Below, one piece after another: positions 8,717 through 16,430 of a stretch of DNA of 21,365 nucleotides. The DNA comes from a virus (Duplodnaviria; Heunggongvirae; Uroviricota; Caudoviricetes): IMG/VR virus record IMGVR_UViG_2574180227_000016; one strand, given 5' to 3'. A program made the translations under genes and the position numbers. Below the pieces are notes generated by a model that ran no database searches, was not told the DNA's origin, and worked only from the letters and a program-made list of their open reading frames with translations. Numbering within the stretch: position 1 is the stretch's first letter; every line of letters begins with the position of its first letter.

Positions 8717-9013
8717 TCAGAATTCCATCTGGATTTGTTCAGAACGCTCGGTTGCCGCCGGGCGTTTTTTATTGGTGATTCCATCAAGCGCATACTTAAA
8801 AGCCCTGCTAATCGGACTGATGTCTGATGCCATTCCGAAAGCACACAGGACCGAAGCAATAAATCTCCAGTCCGTTCTGCTTATCTTCGATTCATGACAG
8901 CCAATCATCTTTGCCAGTCCCCTTTGCGTCAGAGCTGACAGGTTGATAAGTAAATCCGTTTCAGCGCGATCAACGTCACGCTGTGATAGTTTGCTGTAAC
9001 TTGTTTGTGTCAT
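8717..9013 (-). CDS. cII: CII-like transcriptional activator
   Basis: 98 aa. The C-terminal tail [20 protein letters not shown] matches the lambda CII C-terminus; the N-terminal part is divergent. Lies between cro and O. Confidence 0.75.
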   Translation of the reverse strand: MTQTSYSKLSQRDVDRAETDLLINLSALTQRGLAKMIGCHESKISRTDWRFIASVLCAFGMASDISPISRAFKYALDGITNKKRPAATERSEQIQMEF

Positions 9014-9098
9014 TTCTTAATATTTCCAATAGTGAATAGTTAGTTGAAAGGTATGCGTGGAAACGCATATGGCCTTAGTTGGTCAGATATATTGGGAC

Positions 9099-9144
9099 TC
9101 GCTTTGTCAGCGACGTAGGACGAATGTCCATTGTGAAAAGAGTG
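9099..9144 (-). promoter_or_regulatory. nutR candidate: boxA-like CACTCTTTTCACAA and boxB hairpin TCGCTGACAAAGCGA
   Basis: In - strand sense, between cro and cII. The boxB loop TGACAAA is identical to the boxB hairpin upstream of N. Confidence 0.5.
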
Positions 9145-9154
9145 GATCCGCTTA

Positions 9155-9370
9155 TTAAGCGGCTTGGTGTTCCGGCGGGAACACGTCATCAAGACTGACT
9201 TTTGCGCCGAACTTGTTTAGGCACGCAACAAGAGCACGGCATGTTTTAAGGTCTGGGAAGCGACGACCAGATTCCCAATGTCCGATAGCCCCCTGTGTGC
9301 ATCCAACAGCCTTAGCAAGGGTTGTTTGAGAGATCTTCAGTGACTCTCGATATTTTCGTAGGTTGCTCAT
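9155..9370 (-). CDS. cro: Cro-like HTH repressor
   Basis: 71 aa from the internal ATG with GGAGGG RBS: MSNLRKYRESLKISQTTLAKAVGCTQGAIGHWESGRRFPDL. Divergent from the repressor gene. Confidence 0.75.
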   Translation of the reverse strand: MSNLRKYRESLKISQTTLAKAVGCTQGAIGHWESGRRFPDLKTCRALVACLNKFGAKVSLDDVFPPEHQAA

Positions 9371-9396
9371 ATGCCCTCCATAGTAACCATGAAACA

Positions 9397-9425
9397 ATAA
9401 TACGATATGTACTTTTGGAATGCAA
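9397..9425 (-). promoter_or_regulatory. PR candidate promoter (TTGCAT-17 nt-TATTAT, - strand)
   Basis: Reverse complement of 9420-9425 is TTGCAT and of 9397-9402 is TATTAT, with a 17-nt spacer, about 30 nt upstream of the cro ATG. The -10 overlaps an operator repeat. Confidence 0.5.
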
Positions 9426-9473
9426 TCGAAAAAATACATCTTGTGCATGGATGGTTTTAGTACGGAGCGTAAT
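9399..9473. promoter_or_regulatory. OR operator cluster: three 15-bp sites of form AGTAC-N5-GTACT
   Basis: AATACGATATGTACT (9399-9413), AATACATCTTGTGCA (9433-9447, weaker), AGTACGGAGCGTAAT (9459-9473). The same motif recurs at OL (AGTACACATCGTACT). Confidence 0.45.
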
Positions 9474-9488
9474 AATGAGGGTATGAAA

Positions 9489-10142
9489 ATGAAATGGTAT
9501 GAACTGGCTAGATCCAGAATGAAAGAACTCAGCATAACTCAAGAGAAGTTAGCTGAAGAGCTTGGTATGACGCAGGGTGGAATTGGTCACTGGTTGCGCG
9601 GATCTCGTCATCCATCTCTTGACGAGATTGGTGTGGTGTTTAAGTACCTTGGTATTAATAACGTCTCATTCAACCACGACGGTACATTTTCACCTGTTGG
9701 CGAATACTCATCAGCCCCCGTTAAAAAACAATATGAGTACCCTGTTTTTTCTCATGTTCAGGCCGGGATGTTCTCGTCTGAGCTTAGAACCTTTACCAAA
9801 GGTGATGCGGAGAGATGGGTAAGCACAACCAAAAAAGCCAGTGATTCTGCATTTTGGCTTGAGGTTGAAGGTAACTCAATGACCGCACCAACAGGTTCCA
9901 AACCCAGTTTTCCTGACGGGATGTTAATTCTTGTTGACCCTGAGCAGGCTGTTGAGCCAGGTGATTTCTGCATAGCCAGACTTGGTGGTGATGAGTTTAC
10001 CTTCAAGAAACTGATCAGGGATAGTGGTCAGGTGTTTCTACAGCCACTAAACCCACAGTACCCAATGATCCCATGCAATGAGAGTTGTTCCGTTGTTGGG
10101 AAAGTTATCGCCAGCCAGTGGCCTGAAGAGACGTTTGGGTGA
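9489..10142 (+). CDS. cI: CI-type prophage repressor (HTH plus LexA/S24 autopeptidase domain)
   Basis: N-terminal HTH ([25 protein letters not shown]) and C-terminal S24 signature ([10 protein letters not shown], catalytic Ser; TFKKL, Lys). GAGG sits 8 nt upstream of the ATG at 9489. An ATG at 9483 could give a leaderless start. Confidence 0.85.
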   Translation: MKWYELARSRMKELSITQEKLAEELGMTQGGIGHWLRGSRHPSLDEIGVVFKYLGINNVSFNHDGTFSPVGEYSSAPVKKQYEYPVFSHVQAGMFSSELRTFTKGDAERWVSTTKKASDSAFWLEVEGNSMTAPTGSKPSFPDGMLILVDPEQAVEPGDFCIARLGGDEFTFKKLIRDSGQVFLQPLNPQYPMIPCNESCSVVGKVIASQWPEETFG

Positions 10143-10151
10143 GGAGGATAG

Positions 10152-10493
10152 ATGGCGTTCACTGACCTTGAATATCAAGCGGTCAAAAAAGAAGTTCACC
10201 AATTCATTGAAAGCATAAGGCCGCCTGAACATATCCGCAATGAACTGGATATTGTTTATAGCATCAATGACCAAACGATAGATATCGGCGAACAGCGCCC
10301 CGTGTGGCAGGGCAACCCAGGTGAAACAAACATCCTGCCATCAGCAAGAATCAAGTACATACGTTCTCTGGATAGATGGAAAATCTATTGGATGCGGAAG
10401 GATATGAAATGGCATCAGTACAGTACTGAACTTTCGCTGACTGATGCGCTTGAGCTTGTGCGTGCTGACCCGGATTGCTGCTTCTTCGGATGA
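10152..10493 (+). CDS. hypothetical protein co-transcribed with cI (cargo gene A, 113 aa)
   Basis: GAGGAGGA RBS directly after the cI stop. Tryptophan-rich C-terminal half (WKIYWMRKDMKWHQY). Flanked by a 15-nt direct repeat. Confidence 0.6.
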   Translation: MAFTDLEYQAVKKEVHQFIESIRPPEHIRNELDIVYSINDQTIDIGEQRPVWQGNPGETNILPSARIKYIRSLDRWKIYWMRKDMKWHQYSTELSLTDALELVRADPDCCFFG

Positions 10494-10563
10494 GTGAAGA
10501 GACGTTTGGATGATGGATGGTCGCAGAGATGCTCGTAGAGCATACAGCGATGCAGGAGAATTT

Positions 10564-10998
10564 ATGGCACTTAATTTAGAAAGAATATCTTTTATAACCC
10601 CATTTGATAGCAGCGAAGAACCCAACCAACCGACGCTTAATTTTACATGCAATGAATTTCCTGCGCGGCTATCAATTGATTTCAGGGTTGGTATGATCGG
10701 GTTGAAACCAAATTCAAGATATAATTTGGGTATTATGGTAATCCCCGCGCACCTAATTATAAAAAAAGGTGAGGAAATTCAATTCCCTGACGGCTCTTCG
10801 GAATCAGTTTCACTTTTCATCGATACGAAAGATAGCCATTTTGAAACAGGGGTTGGCGGACAGGTAATAGTAACATTGAAAGAAATTAGGGTCCCAGCTA
10901 AAGGGCTGTATAGTGTTATAGGGATATTGCAAGATAATGAAGACCCTAAAAATGAACTTCATAAAAATGAATCATTTTTCACCGTAGAGCTATTATGA
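10564..10998 (+). CDS. hypothetical protein (cargo gene B, 144 aa), AT-rich
   Basis: AGGAGA RBS 5 nt before the ATG at 10564. No TM segment and no recognised family. Confidence 0.55.
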   Translation: MALNLERISFITPFDSSEEPNQPTLNFTCNEFPARLSIDFRVGMIGLKPNSRYNLGIMVIPAHLIIKKGEEIQFPDGSSESVSLFIDTKDSHFETGVGGQVIVTLKEIRVPAKGLYSVIGILQDNEDPKNELHKNESFFTVELL

Positions 10999-11615
10999 GT
11001 GACGACAGTAATTTAAATAATCATGGAAAGCAAGACACCAACATATCTGAAAGCCGGAGGTTGAAGGTTGTTGGCGGTTCTGATTTTGAGGCTGAATTTG
11101 ATAATTCTCCCACCAAGGTGCAAAATAATTACATAAAACCGCCACAAACGGAGGAAGAAGTGGGAACGATCAGCAGAGAGGAACTTGATGCTCGCTTAGC
11201 TGCTAATAAAGCAGAGATGGAGTCTATTGCTTCCTCCATTAGGGCTGACATGGCTCTATCTCGTGAAAGCGTTAATGTCCAATTTGCATCACTTAATGCA
11301 GCCATAAGCTCTCTATCGTCCAAGATCGATGGAAAGATGGATAGCGCTGCTGGCGATATAAAAGCAATTAATGGGAGATTCGAAGGAATTCAAGGACAAA
11401 TAACAGGGGTTAATACCGCAATTAGTGGTGTTCAGTCGGGTATTTCTATACGATTAGCCATTTTTAGTGTCATTATCGCTGTAATAGTTGCGATTCCCGG
11501 GCTGGTATCAGCTTTAAAGTCAGACCACGCACCTTTGCAACAGCCTTCCACTTTGCAAGCGCCGCCACAAAATACCCAGCCAACAGACAACAAAAAAATC
11601 ACTCCCCAGCATTAA
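10995..11615 (+). CDS. hypothetical membrane-anchored protein (cargo gene C, 206 aa)
   Basis: ATGA overlap with gene B. Polar N-terminus, repetitive Ser/Ala/Ile-rich central segment, one predicted TM helix (IRLAIFSVIIAVIVAIPGLVSAL) and a Pro/Gln-rich tail. Followed by a strong terminator. Confidence 0.6.
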   Translation: MSDDSNLNNHGKQDTNISESRRLKVVGGSDFEAEFDNSPTKVQNNYIKPPQTEEEVGTISREELDARLAANKAEMESIASSIRADMALSRESVNVQFASLNAAISSLSSKIDGKMDSAAGDIKAINGRFEGIQGQITGVNTAISGVQSGISIRLAIFSVIIAVIVAIPGLVSALKSDHAPLQQPSTLQAPPQNTQPTDNKKITPQH

Positions 11616-11621
11616 CGCATT

Positions 11622-11649
11622 AACCCGGCCTCAGCGCCGGGTTTTCTTT
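11622..11649 (+). terminator. rho-independent terminator ending the cI operon (tIMM-like)
   Basis: AACCCGGC-CTCAGC-GCCGGGTT followed by TTTTCTTT. Confidence 0.6.
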
Positions 11650-11821
11650 GCCTCGCGATCCCCCACCTAAAAAAACATAACTCATTGTATTTATTGAAAA
11701 ATAAATAGATACAACTCACTAAACATCGCAATTCAGATCTCTCGATCACCTCCCAAGCCACTCAACCCTGCAAAATATAACCCCATAAAATACAAAACGT
11801 TATAAAAAACTAATCATATTT

Positions 11822-11864
11822 AGAACATTTTGTATTGACCCAATAAAGTACACATCGTACTATT
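11822..11864 (+). promoter_or_regulatory. PL candidate promoter (TTGACC-17 nt-TACTAT) with two overlapping OL operator sites
   Basis: -35 TTGACC 11836-11841, -10 TACTAT 11859-11864. OL sites AGTACACATCGTACT (11848-11862, perfect inverted repeat) and AGAACATTTTGTATT (11822-11836). Confidence 0.55.
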
Positions 11865-11931
11865 TAGCCATCAGCAGGATGCACCACTCACCAGGGCGGT
11901 GAATATACAACGATTCGAATATGAATCTACG

Positions 11932-11946
11932 GCGCTGACAAAGCGC
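11932..11946 (+). promoter_or_regulatory. nutL boxB hairpin GCGCTGACAAAGCGC
   Basis: Perfect 4-bp GC stem with loop TGACAAA, in the leader about 165 nt upstream of N. This sequence matches the P22-type boxB as recalled. Confidence 0.5.
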
Positions 11947-12111
11947 AATAACCAAAGTGAACTTTGGGGTGTGGTGAAGGGTTCATGGACGGGAATATGT
12001 CGCACGTAAAGCGGCGAGGCCTGCGGGACTATTGCCGAATTGAAGTAGGCCGAAACAGGTCGAAATGGGTCTCCCACCTACCACACCACCAAAGTTCATC
12101 AGGAGGTCTAT

Positions 12112-12495
12112 ATGACACGCAGAACTCAGTTCAAAGGCAATTCACGTTCTCGTCGTCGTGAGCGTTTAAAGGCAAAGGCATTAGCTAACTGCGTACTGGC
12201 CCGCGAAGAAGCAATAAGTTCAGAAGTATTACACCGCCCTACTCTAAGCAGAGCGCAGATTCAGGCTAAAGGTACTCACGAAACGCCTGAGCGCATAGAA
12301 GACGCTAAGCCAATTAAGTTCATGGCACAGGACGTGATCTGGCAACAGAAAGAATACAGACGCAATCTGGAGCGAGCAGCCATTGTGTACGCGAATGAGT
12401 TTGGACATAAGCAACCAGAAACTGGTGTATGTCTTCCAAACGTAGCCATTTACGCGGCAGGCTACCGGAAATCAAAACAACTGACGGCGAGGTGA
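12112..12495 (+). CDS. N: N-type antitermination protein with N-terminal arginine-rich motif
   Basis: AGGAGG RBS. N-terminus MTRRTQFKGNSRSRRRERLKAKA is an arginine-rich motif. First gene downstream of PL/nutL. Confidence 0.7.
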   Translation: MTRRTQFKGNSRSRRRERLKAKALANCVLAREEAISSEVLHRPTLSRAQIQAKGTHETPERIEDAKPIKFMAQDVIWQQKEYRRNLERAAIVYANEFGHKQPETGVCLPNVAIYAAGYRKSKQLTAR

Positions 12496-12556
12496 CTTGT
12501 GTTGGTCGCCAGAAAATGAGATTAGGCAGCAAACCACTTATTTGAGAGGAATTAAT

Positions 12557-13180
12557 ATGTCATCAATCCGCTTAACTACGAGAATGAAAGAGGAAATCGC
12601 TCGTAACGCTTTAATTAAGTCTGGGGTTTTCACTGAACTTGAAGAAGTAACAAAGTTAAAGAACCAGCTTGCACTTGACGCCAGAGTTATTGCGTTTGGC
12701 GGTAAAAAGAAAACTGAGGAAGTGGATCAGTTATCATCCAAGTTGGTAGCTATAAGTGAAGAACTTGAAAAGATGGGATGTTCATTTTACTCATACGATG
12801 TTAGTTCTACTTCAATTTATCTGACTGTATCTGGCAGAAGGGTTGGATGGCATTCATATGGGAAAGACGGCAACGGCAAAGATATATTGCTCCCTACTCC
12901 GACCAAAGATAAATGCATGTTTGACGCAGAGCACGAAATAACAAAAAGGTTTGATGAAATCTGCGCATTGCAACAAAAACTTGAAGCCAAGAAAAAGGAT
13001 ATCGAATCAAATGTATGGGCTGCTTTAAACTCAGTCACAACAGTTAAGCGATTTATTGAAGTTTGGCCTGAAAGCAAAGAATTGCTACCAAAAGAAGCAG
13101 ATAAAGCAAGTACAGCACTTCCTGCTTTACGGGTAGAAGATTTGAATAAGATGATTGGACTTCCTTCCGAGGCCGCATAA
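12557..13180 (+). CDS. hypothetical protein (207 aa), AT-rich cargo between N and cIII
   Basis: Start placed at the internal ATG with GAGAGGA RBS (the track ORF begins with TTG at 12497). Lysine/glutamate-rich, no recognised family. Confidence 0.55.
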   Translation: MSSIRLTTRMKEEIARNALIKSGVFTELEEVTKLKNQLALDARVIAFGGKKKTEEVDQLSSKLVAISEELEKMGCSFYSYDVSSTSIYLTVSGRRVGWHSYGKDGNGKDILLPTPTKDKCMFDAEHEITKRFDEICALQQKLEAKKKDIESNVWAALNSVTTVKRFIEVWPESKELLPKEADKASTALPALRVEDLNKMIGLPSEAA

Positions 13181-13313
13181 TCAGCCTTTATTTTTGGCAT
13201 AAACAACAGAATAAACACTGCACTGTGTATTCATTCCAACGAGTGAATACACGGAGCAATGTCGCTCGTAACTAAACAGGAGCCGACTTGTTCTGATTAT
13301 TGGAAATCTTCTT

Positions 13314-13337
13314 TGCCCTCCAATGTGAGGGCTTTTT
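13314..13337 (+). terminator. rho-independent terminator (tL-like)
   Basis: GCCCTC-CAATGT-GAGGGC followed by TTTTTT. Confidence 0.55.
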
Positions 13338-13352
13338 TATATGCATACCAAT

Positions 13353-13377
13353 AACGCTTCACTAGAGGCGTTTTCGT
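13353..13377 (+). terminator. second weaker hairpin terminator
   Basis: ACGCTTC-ACTA-GAGGCGT (one mismatch) followed by TTTCGTT. Confidence 0.35.
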
Positions 13378-13404
13378 TATGTGTAAATAAATAAGGAGCA
13401 CACC

Positions 13405-13545
13405 ATGCAATATGCCATTGCAGGGTGGCCTGTTGCTGGCTGCCCTTCCGAATCTTTACTTGAACGAATCACCCGTAAATTACGTGACGGATGGAAACGC
13501 CTTATCGACATACTTAATCAGCCAGGAGTTCCCAAAAATGGATAA
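13405..13545 (+). CDS. cIII: CIII (FtsH/HflB inhibitor)
   Basis: Manual translation [46 protein letters not shown] (46 aa) matches lambda CIII over its length; AAGGAG RBS. Under the ORF-track cut-off. Confidence 0.8.
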   Translation: MQYAIAGWPVAGCPSESLLERITRKLRDGWKRLIDILNQPGVPKNG

Positions 13546-13681
13546 AACACTTATGGCTATCCAGACTAAATTCACTATCGCCACTTTTATTGGTGATGAA
13601 AAGATGTTTCGTGAAGCCGTCGACGCTTATAAAAAATGGATATTAATACTGAAACTGAGATCAAGCAAAAGCATTCACTAA
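13538..13681 (+). CDS. kil: Kil (host cell-division inhibitor)
   Basis: 47 aa, [47 protein letters not shown]. Overlaps the cIII stop (ATGGATAA). Confidence 0.75.
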   Translation: MDKTLMAIQTKFTIATFIGDEKMFREAVDAYKKWILILKLRSSKSIH

Positions 13682-13754
13682 CCCCTTTCCTGTTTTCCTA
13701 ATCAGCCCGGCATTTCGCGGGCGATATTTTCACAGCTATTTCAGGAGTTCAGCC

Positions 13755-14051
13755 ATGAACGCTTATTACATTCAGGATCGTCTTGAGGCTCAGAGCTGGG
13801 CGCGTCACTACCAGCAGATCGCCCGTGAAGAGAAAGAGGCAGAACTGGCAGACGACATGGAAAAAGGCCTGCCCCAGCACCTGTTTGAATCGCTATGCAT
13901 CGATCATTTGCAACGCCACGGGGCCAGCAAAAAAGCCATTATCCGTGCGTTTGATGACGATGTTGAGTTTCAGGAGCGCATGGCAGAACACATCCGGTAC
14001 ATGGTTGAAACCATTGCTCACCATCAGGTTGATATTGATTCAGAGGTATAA
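13755..14051 (+). CDS. gam: Gam (RecBCD inhibitor, short form)
   Basis: 98 aa, [60 protein letters not shown], near-identical to lambda GamS. Confidence 0.9.
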   Translation: MNAYYIQDRLEAQSWARHYQQIAREEKEAELADDMEKGLPQHLFESLCIDHLQRHGASKKAIIRAFDDDVEFQERMAEHIRYMVETIAHHQVDIDSEV

Positions 14052-14056
14052 AACGG

Positions 14057-14842
14057 ATGAGTACAGCACTCGCAACGCTGGCAGGGAAGCTGGCTGAACG
14101 TGTCGGCATGGATTCTGTCGACCCACAGGAACTGATCACCACTCTTCGCCAGACGGCATTTAAAGGCGATGCCAGCGATGCGCAGTTCATCGCATTGTTG
14201 ATCGTCGCCAACCAGTACGGCCTTAATCCGTGGACGAAAGAAATTTACGCCTTCCCTGATAAGCAGAACGGCATCGTTCCGGTGGTGGGCGTTGATGGCT
14301 GGTCCCGCATCATCAATGAAAACCAGCAGTTTGATGGCATGGACTTTGAGCAGGACAATGAATCCTGTACATGCCGGATTTACCGCAAGGACCGTAATCA
14401 TCCGATCTGCGTTACCGAATGGATGGATGAATGCCGCCGCGAACCATTCAAAACCCGCGAAGGCAGAGAAATCACCGGACCGTGGCAGTCGCATCCCAAA
14501 CGGATGTTACGGCATAAAGCCATGATTCAGTGTGCCCGTCTGGCCTTCGGATTTGCTGGTATCTATGACAAGGATGAAGCCGAGCGCATTGTCGAAAATA
14601 CTGCATACACTGCAGAACGTCAGCCAGAACGCGACATCACTCCGGTTAACGATGAAACCATGCAGGAGATTAACACTCTGCTGATCGCCCTGGATAAAAC
14701 ATGGGATGACGACTTATTGCCGCTCTGTTCCCAGATATTTCGCCGCGACATTCGCGCATCGTCAGAACTGACACAGGCCGAAGCAGTGAAAGCTCTTGGA
14801 TTCCTGAAACAGAAAGCCACTGAGCAGAAGGTGGCAGCATGA
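14057..14842 (+). CDS. bet: Bet (Red-beta single-strand annealing protein)
   Basis: 261 aa, essentially identical to lambda Bet over the full length. Confidence 0.9.
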   Translation: MSTALATLAGKLAERVGMDSVDPQELITTLRQTAFKGDASDAQFIALLIVANQYGLNPWTKEIYAFPDKQNGIVPVVGVDGWSRIINENQQFDGMDFEQDNESCTCRIYRKDRNHPICVTEWMDECRREPFKTREGREITGPWQSHPKRMLRHKAMIQCARLAFGFAGIYDKDEAERIVENTAYTAERQPERDITPVNDETMQEINTLLIALDKTWDDDLLPLCSQIFRRDIRASSELTQAEAVKALGFLKQKATEQKVAA

Positions 14843-15519
14843 CACCGGACATTATCCTGCAGCGTACCGGGATCGACGTGAGAGCTGTCGAACAGGGGGA
14901 TGATGCATGGCACAAATTACGGCTCGGCGTCATCACCGCTTCAGAAGTTCACAACGTGATAGCAAAGCCCCGCTCAGGAAAAAAGTGGCCTGACATGAAA
15001 ATGTCCTACTTCCACACCCTGCTGGCTGAGGTTTGCACCGGTGTGGCTCCGGAAGTTAATGCTAAGGCGCTGGCCTGGGGAAAACAGTACGAGAACGACG
15101 CCAGAACCCTGTTTGAATTCACTTCCGGCGTGAATGTTACTGAATCCCCGATCATCTATCGCGACGAAAGTATGCGCACAGCCTGCTCTCCCGATGGTTT
15201 ATGCAGTGACGGCAATGGCCTTGAGCTGAAATGCCCGTTTACCTCCAGGGATTTCATGAAGTTCCGGCTCGGTGGTTTCGAGGCCATAAAGTCGGCTTAC
15301 ATGGCCCAGGTGCAGTACAGCATGTGGGTGACGCGAAAAGATGCCTGGTACTTTGCCAACTATGACCCGCGTATGAAGCGTGAAGGCCTGCATTATGTCG
15401 TGATTGAGCGGAATGAAAAGTACATGGCGAATTTTGACGAGATGGTGCCGGAGTTCATCGAAAAAATGGACGAGGCACTGGCTGAAATTGGTTTTGTATA
15501 TGGGGAGCAATGGCAATGA
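14839..15519 (+). CDS. exo: Exo (lambda exonuclease, Red-alpha)
   Basis: 226 aa, essentially identical to lambda Exo. Overlaps the bet stop. Confidence 0.9.
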   Translation: MTPDIILQRTGIDVRAVEQGDDAWHKLRLGVITASEVHNVIAKPRSGKKWPDMKMSYFHTLLAEVCTGVAPEVNAKALAWGKQYENDARTLFEFTSGVNVTESPIIYRDESMRTACSPDGLCSDGNGLELKCPFTSRDFMKFRLGGFEAIKSAYMAQVQYSMWVTRKDAWYFANYDPRMKREGLHYVVIERNEKYMANFDEMVPEFIEKMDEALAEIGFVYGEQWQ

Positions 15520-15674
15520 AGCATCCTCACGATAATATCCGGGTAGGCGCGATCACTTTCGTCTACTCCGTTACAAAGCGAGGCTGGGTATTTCCCGGCC
15601 TTTCTGTTATCCGAAATCCGCTGAAAGCACAGCGGCTGGCTGAGGAGATAAATAATAAACGGGAGAGTGTATGA
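15516..15674 (+). CDS. small protein coupled to exo (orf60a-like position)
   Basis: Manual translation [52 protein letters not shown] (52 aa). ATGA overlap with the exo stop and ATGA overlap with the next gene. Confidence 0.4.
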   Translation: MKHPHDNIRVGAITFVYSVTKRGWVFPGLSVIRNPLKAQRLAEEINNKRESV

Positions 15675-16423
15675 TTCATTTTCACGGTGGTCCAATAACT
15701 CCCGATACCTGTGCGTTGAAAGCCTGGAAAGGCAGACACGCATTCATCAGTTTTGCTAATCCAGCTCAGATTGATCTGGCTTCCGAAGTCACCCAATCAT
15801 TTGCTCTTGATAATGGTGCATTCACATTCTGGACAAAAAACAAGGCCATAGACTGGAATGAATATTACAGATTTGTTGAACGCTGGGGTAATCACCCTCG
15901 TTTCTCATTCGCAGTTATCCCGGATGTTATCGGCGGAACCAGTGAAGAGAATGACGCCCTGATTGCGGCATGGCCTCACGGTAAATTTATTGGTGCTCCG
16001 GTGTGGCACATGAACGAACCAGATGAGCGATTTATTCGTCTGTGCCATGAGTTTCCCCGCGTCTGCATCGGCTCGATGGGGGAATACGATGCAAAACGAC
16101 CGAGAGCGTGTCGGGCTAAACTACGCGATCTTATACGTCATGTTGTAGATCAGTACGGCTACCCAATCACCAAGATTCATGGGTTACGGATGTTAAATAA
16201 AGACATTTTTACTCATGTACCGCTTTCGTCTGCAGACAGCACGAACGTCGCAAGAAATATAGGCATCGACAAATCCTGGGTAGGTTCGCCATATGCTCCC
16301 GCAAGTAAAGAAACCCGTACGCAAGTTCTTGTGGAACGCATTGAATCATTCAACAGTGCCAGTTCACTTAATTACAACGCTGAACGGGACGTCTTTACCC
16401 CTCAACTGGCATTCGAAGTGTGA
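15671..16423 (+). CDS. TGT-fold / DpdA-like protein (putative nucleic-acid guanine transglycosylase); function tentative
   Basis: 250 aa. Motifs FALDNGAFTFW, VIPDVIGG and HGLRM...SSADSTNVARN resemble the catalytic Asp blocks of queuine tRNA-ribosyltransferase. There is no C-terminal zinc motif, as in phage DpdA-type proteins. Confidence 0.5.
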   Translation: MIHFHGGPITPDTCALKAWKGRHAFISFANPAQIDLASEVTQSFALDNGAFTFWTKNKAIDWNEYYRFVERWGNHPRFSFAVIPDVIGGTSEENDALIAAWPHGKFIGAPVWHMNEPDERFIRLCHEFPRVCIGSMGEYDAKRPRACRAKLRDLIRHVVDQYGYPITKIHGLRMLNKDIFTHVPLSSADSTNVARNIGIDKSWVGSPYAPASKETRTQVLVERIESFNSASSLNYNAERDVFTPQLAFEV

Positions 16424-16430
16424 GGCCAAT

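Noticed and set aside
8629-8859. ORF 8629-8859 (-)
   Set aside because: Overlaps the cII C-terminus in another frame; the cII frame has the conserved lambda-like tail.
9312-9822. ORFs 9312-9542 (-), 9577-9822 (+), 9758-10006 (-), and the long 5' extensions of the cro and cI track ORFs
   Set aside because: They overlap cI or the operator region. cro and cI starts were set at internal ATGs with RBSs; the upstream extensions would run through the promoter and operators.
11129-12077. ORFs 11129-11323 (-), 11871-12077 (-), 11964-12161 (+)
   Set aside because: Antisense to cargo gene C or located in the PL leader / nutL region, which is better explained as regulatory RNA.
12320-13218. ORFs 12320-12532 (-) and 12817-13218 (-)
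   Set aside because: Antisense to N and to the 207-aa cargo gene; no RBS.
13783-15796. Alternative-frame ORFs over gam/bet/exo and the TGT-like gene start (13783-14097, 13939-14211, 14024-14494, 14292-14525, 14620-14913, 14670-14936, 15199-15516, 15393-15743, 15563-15796)
   Set aside because: gam, bet and exo match lambda proteins over their whole length; these are GC-rich shadow frames.
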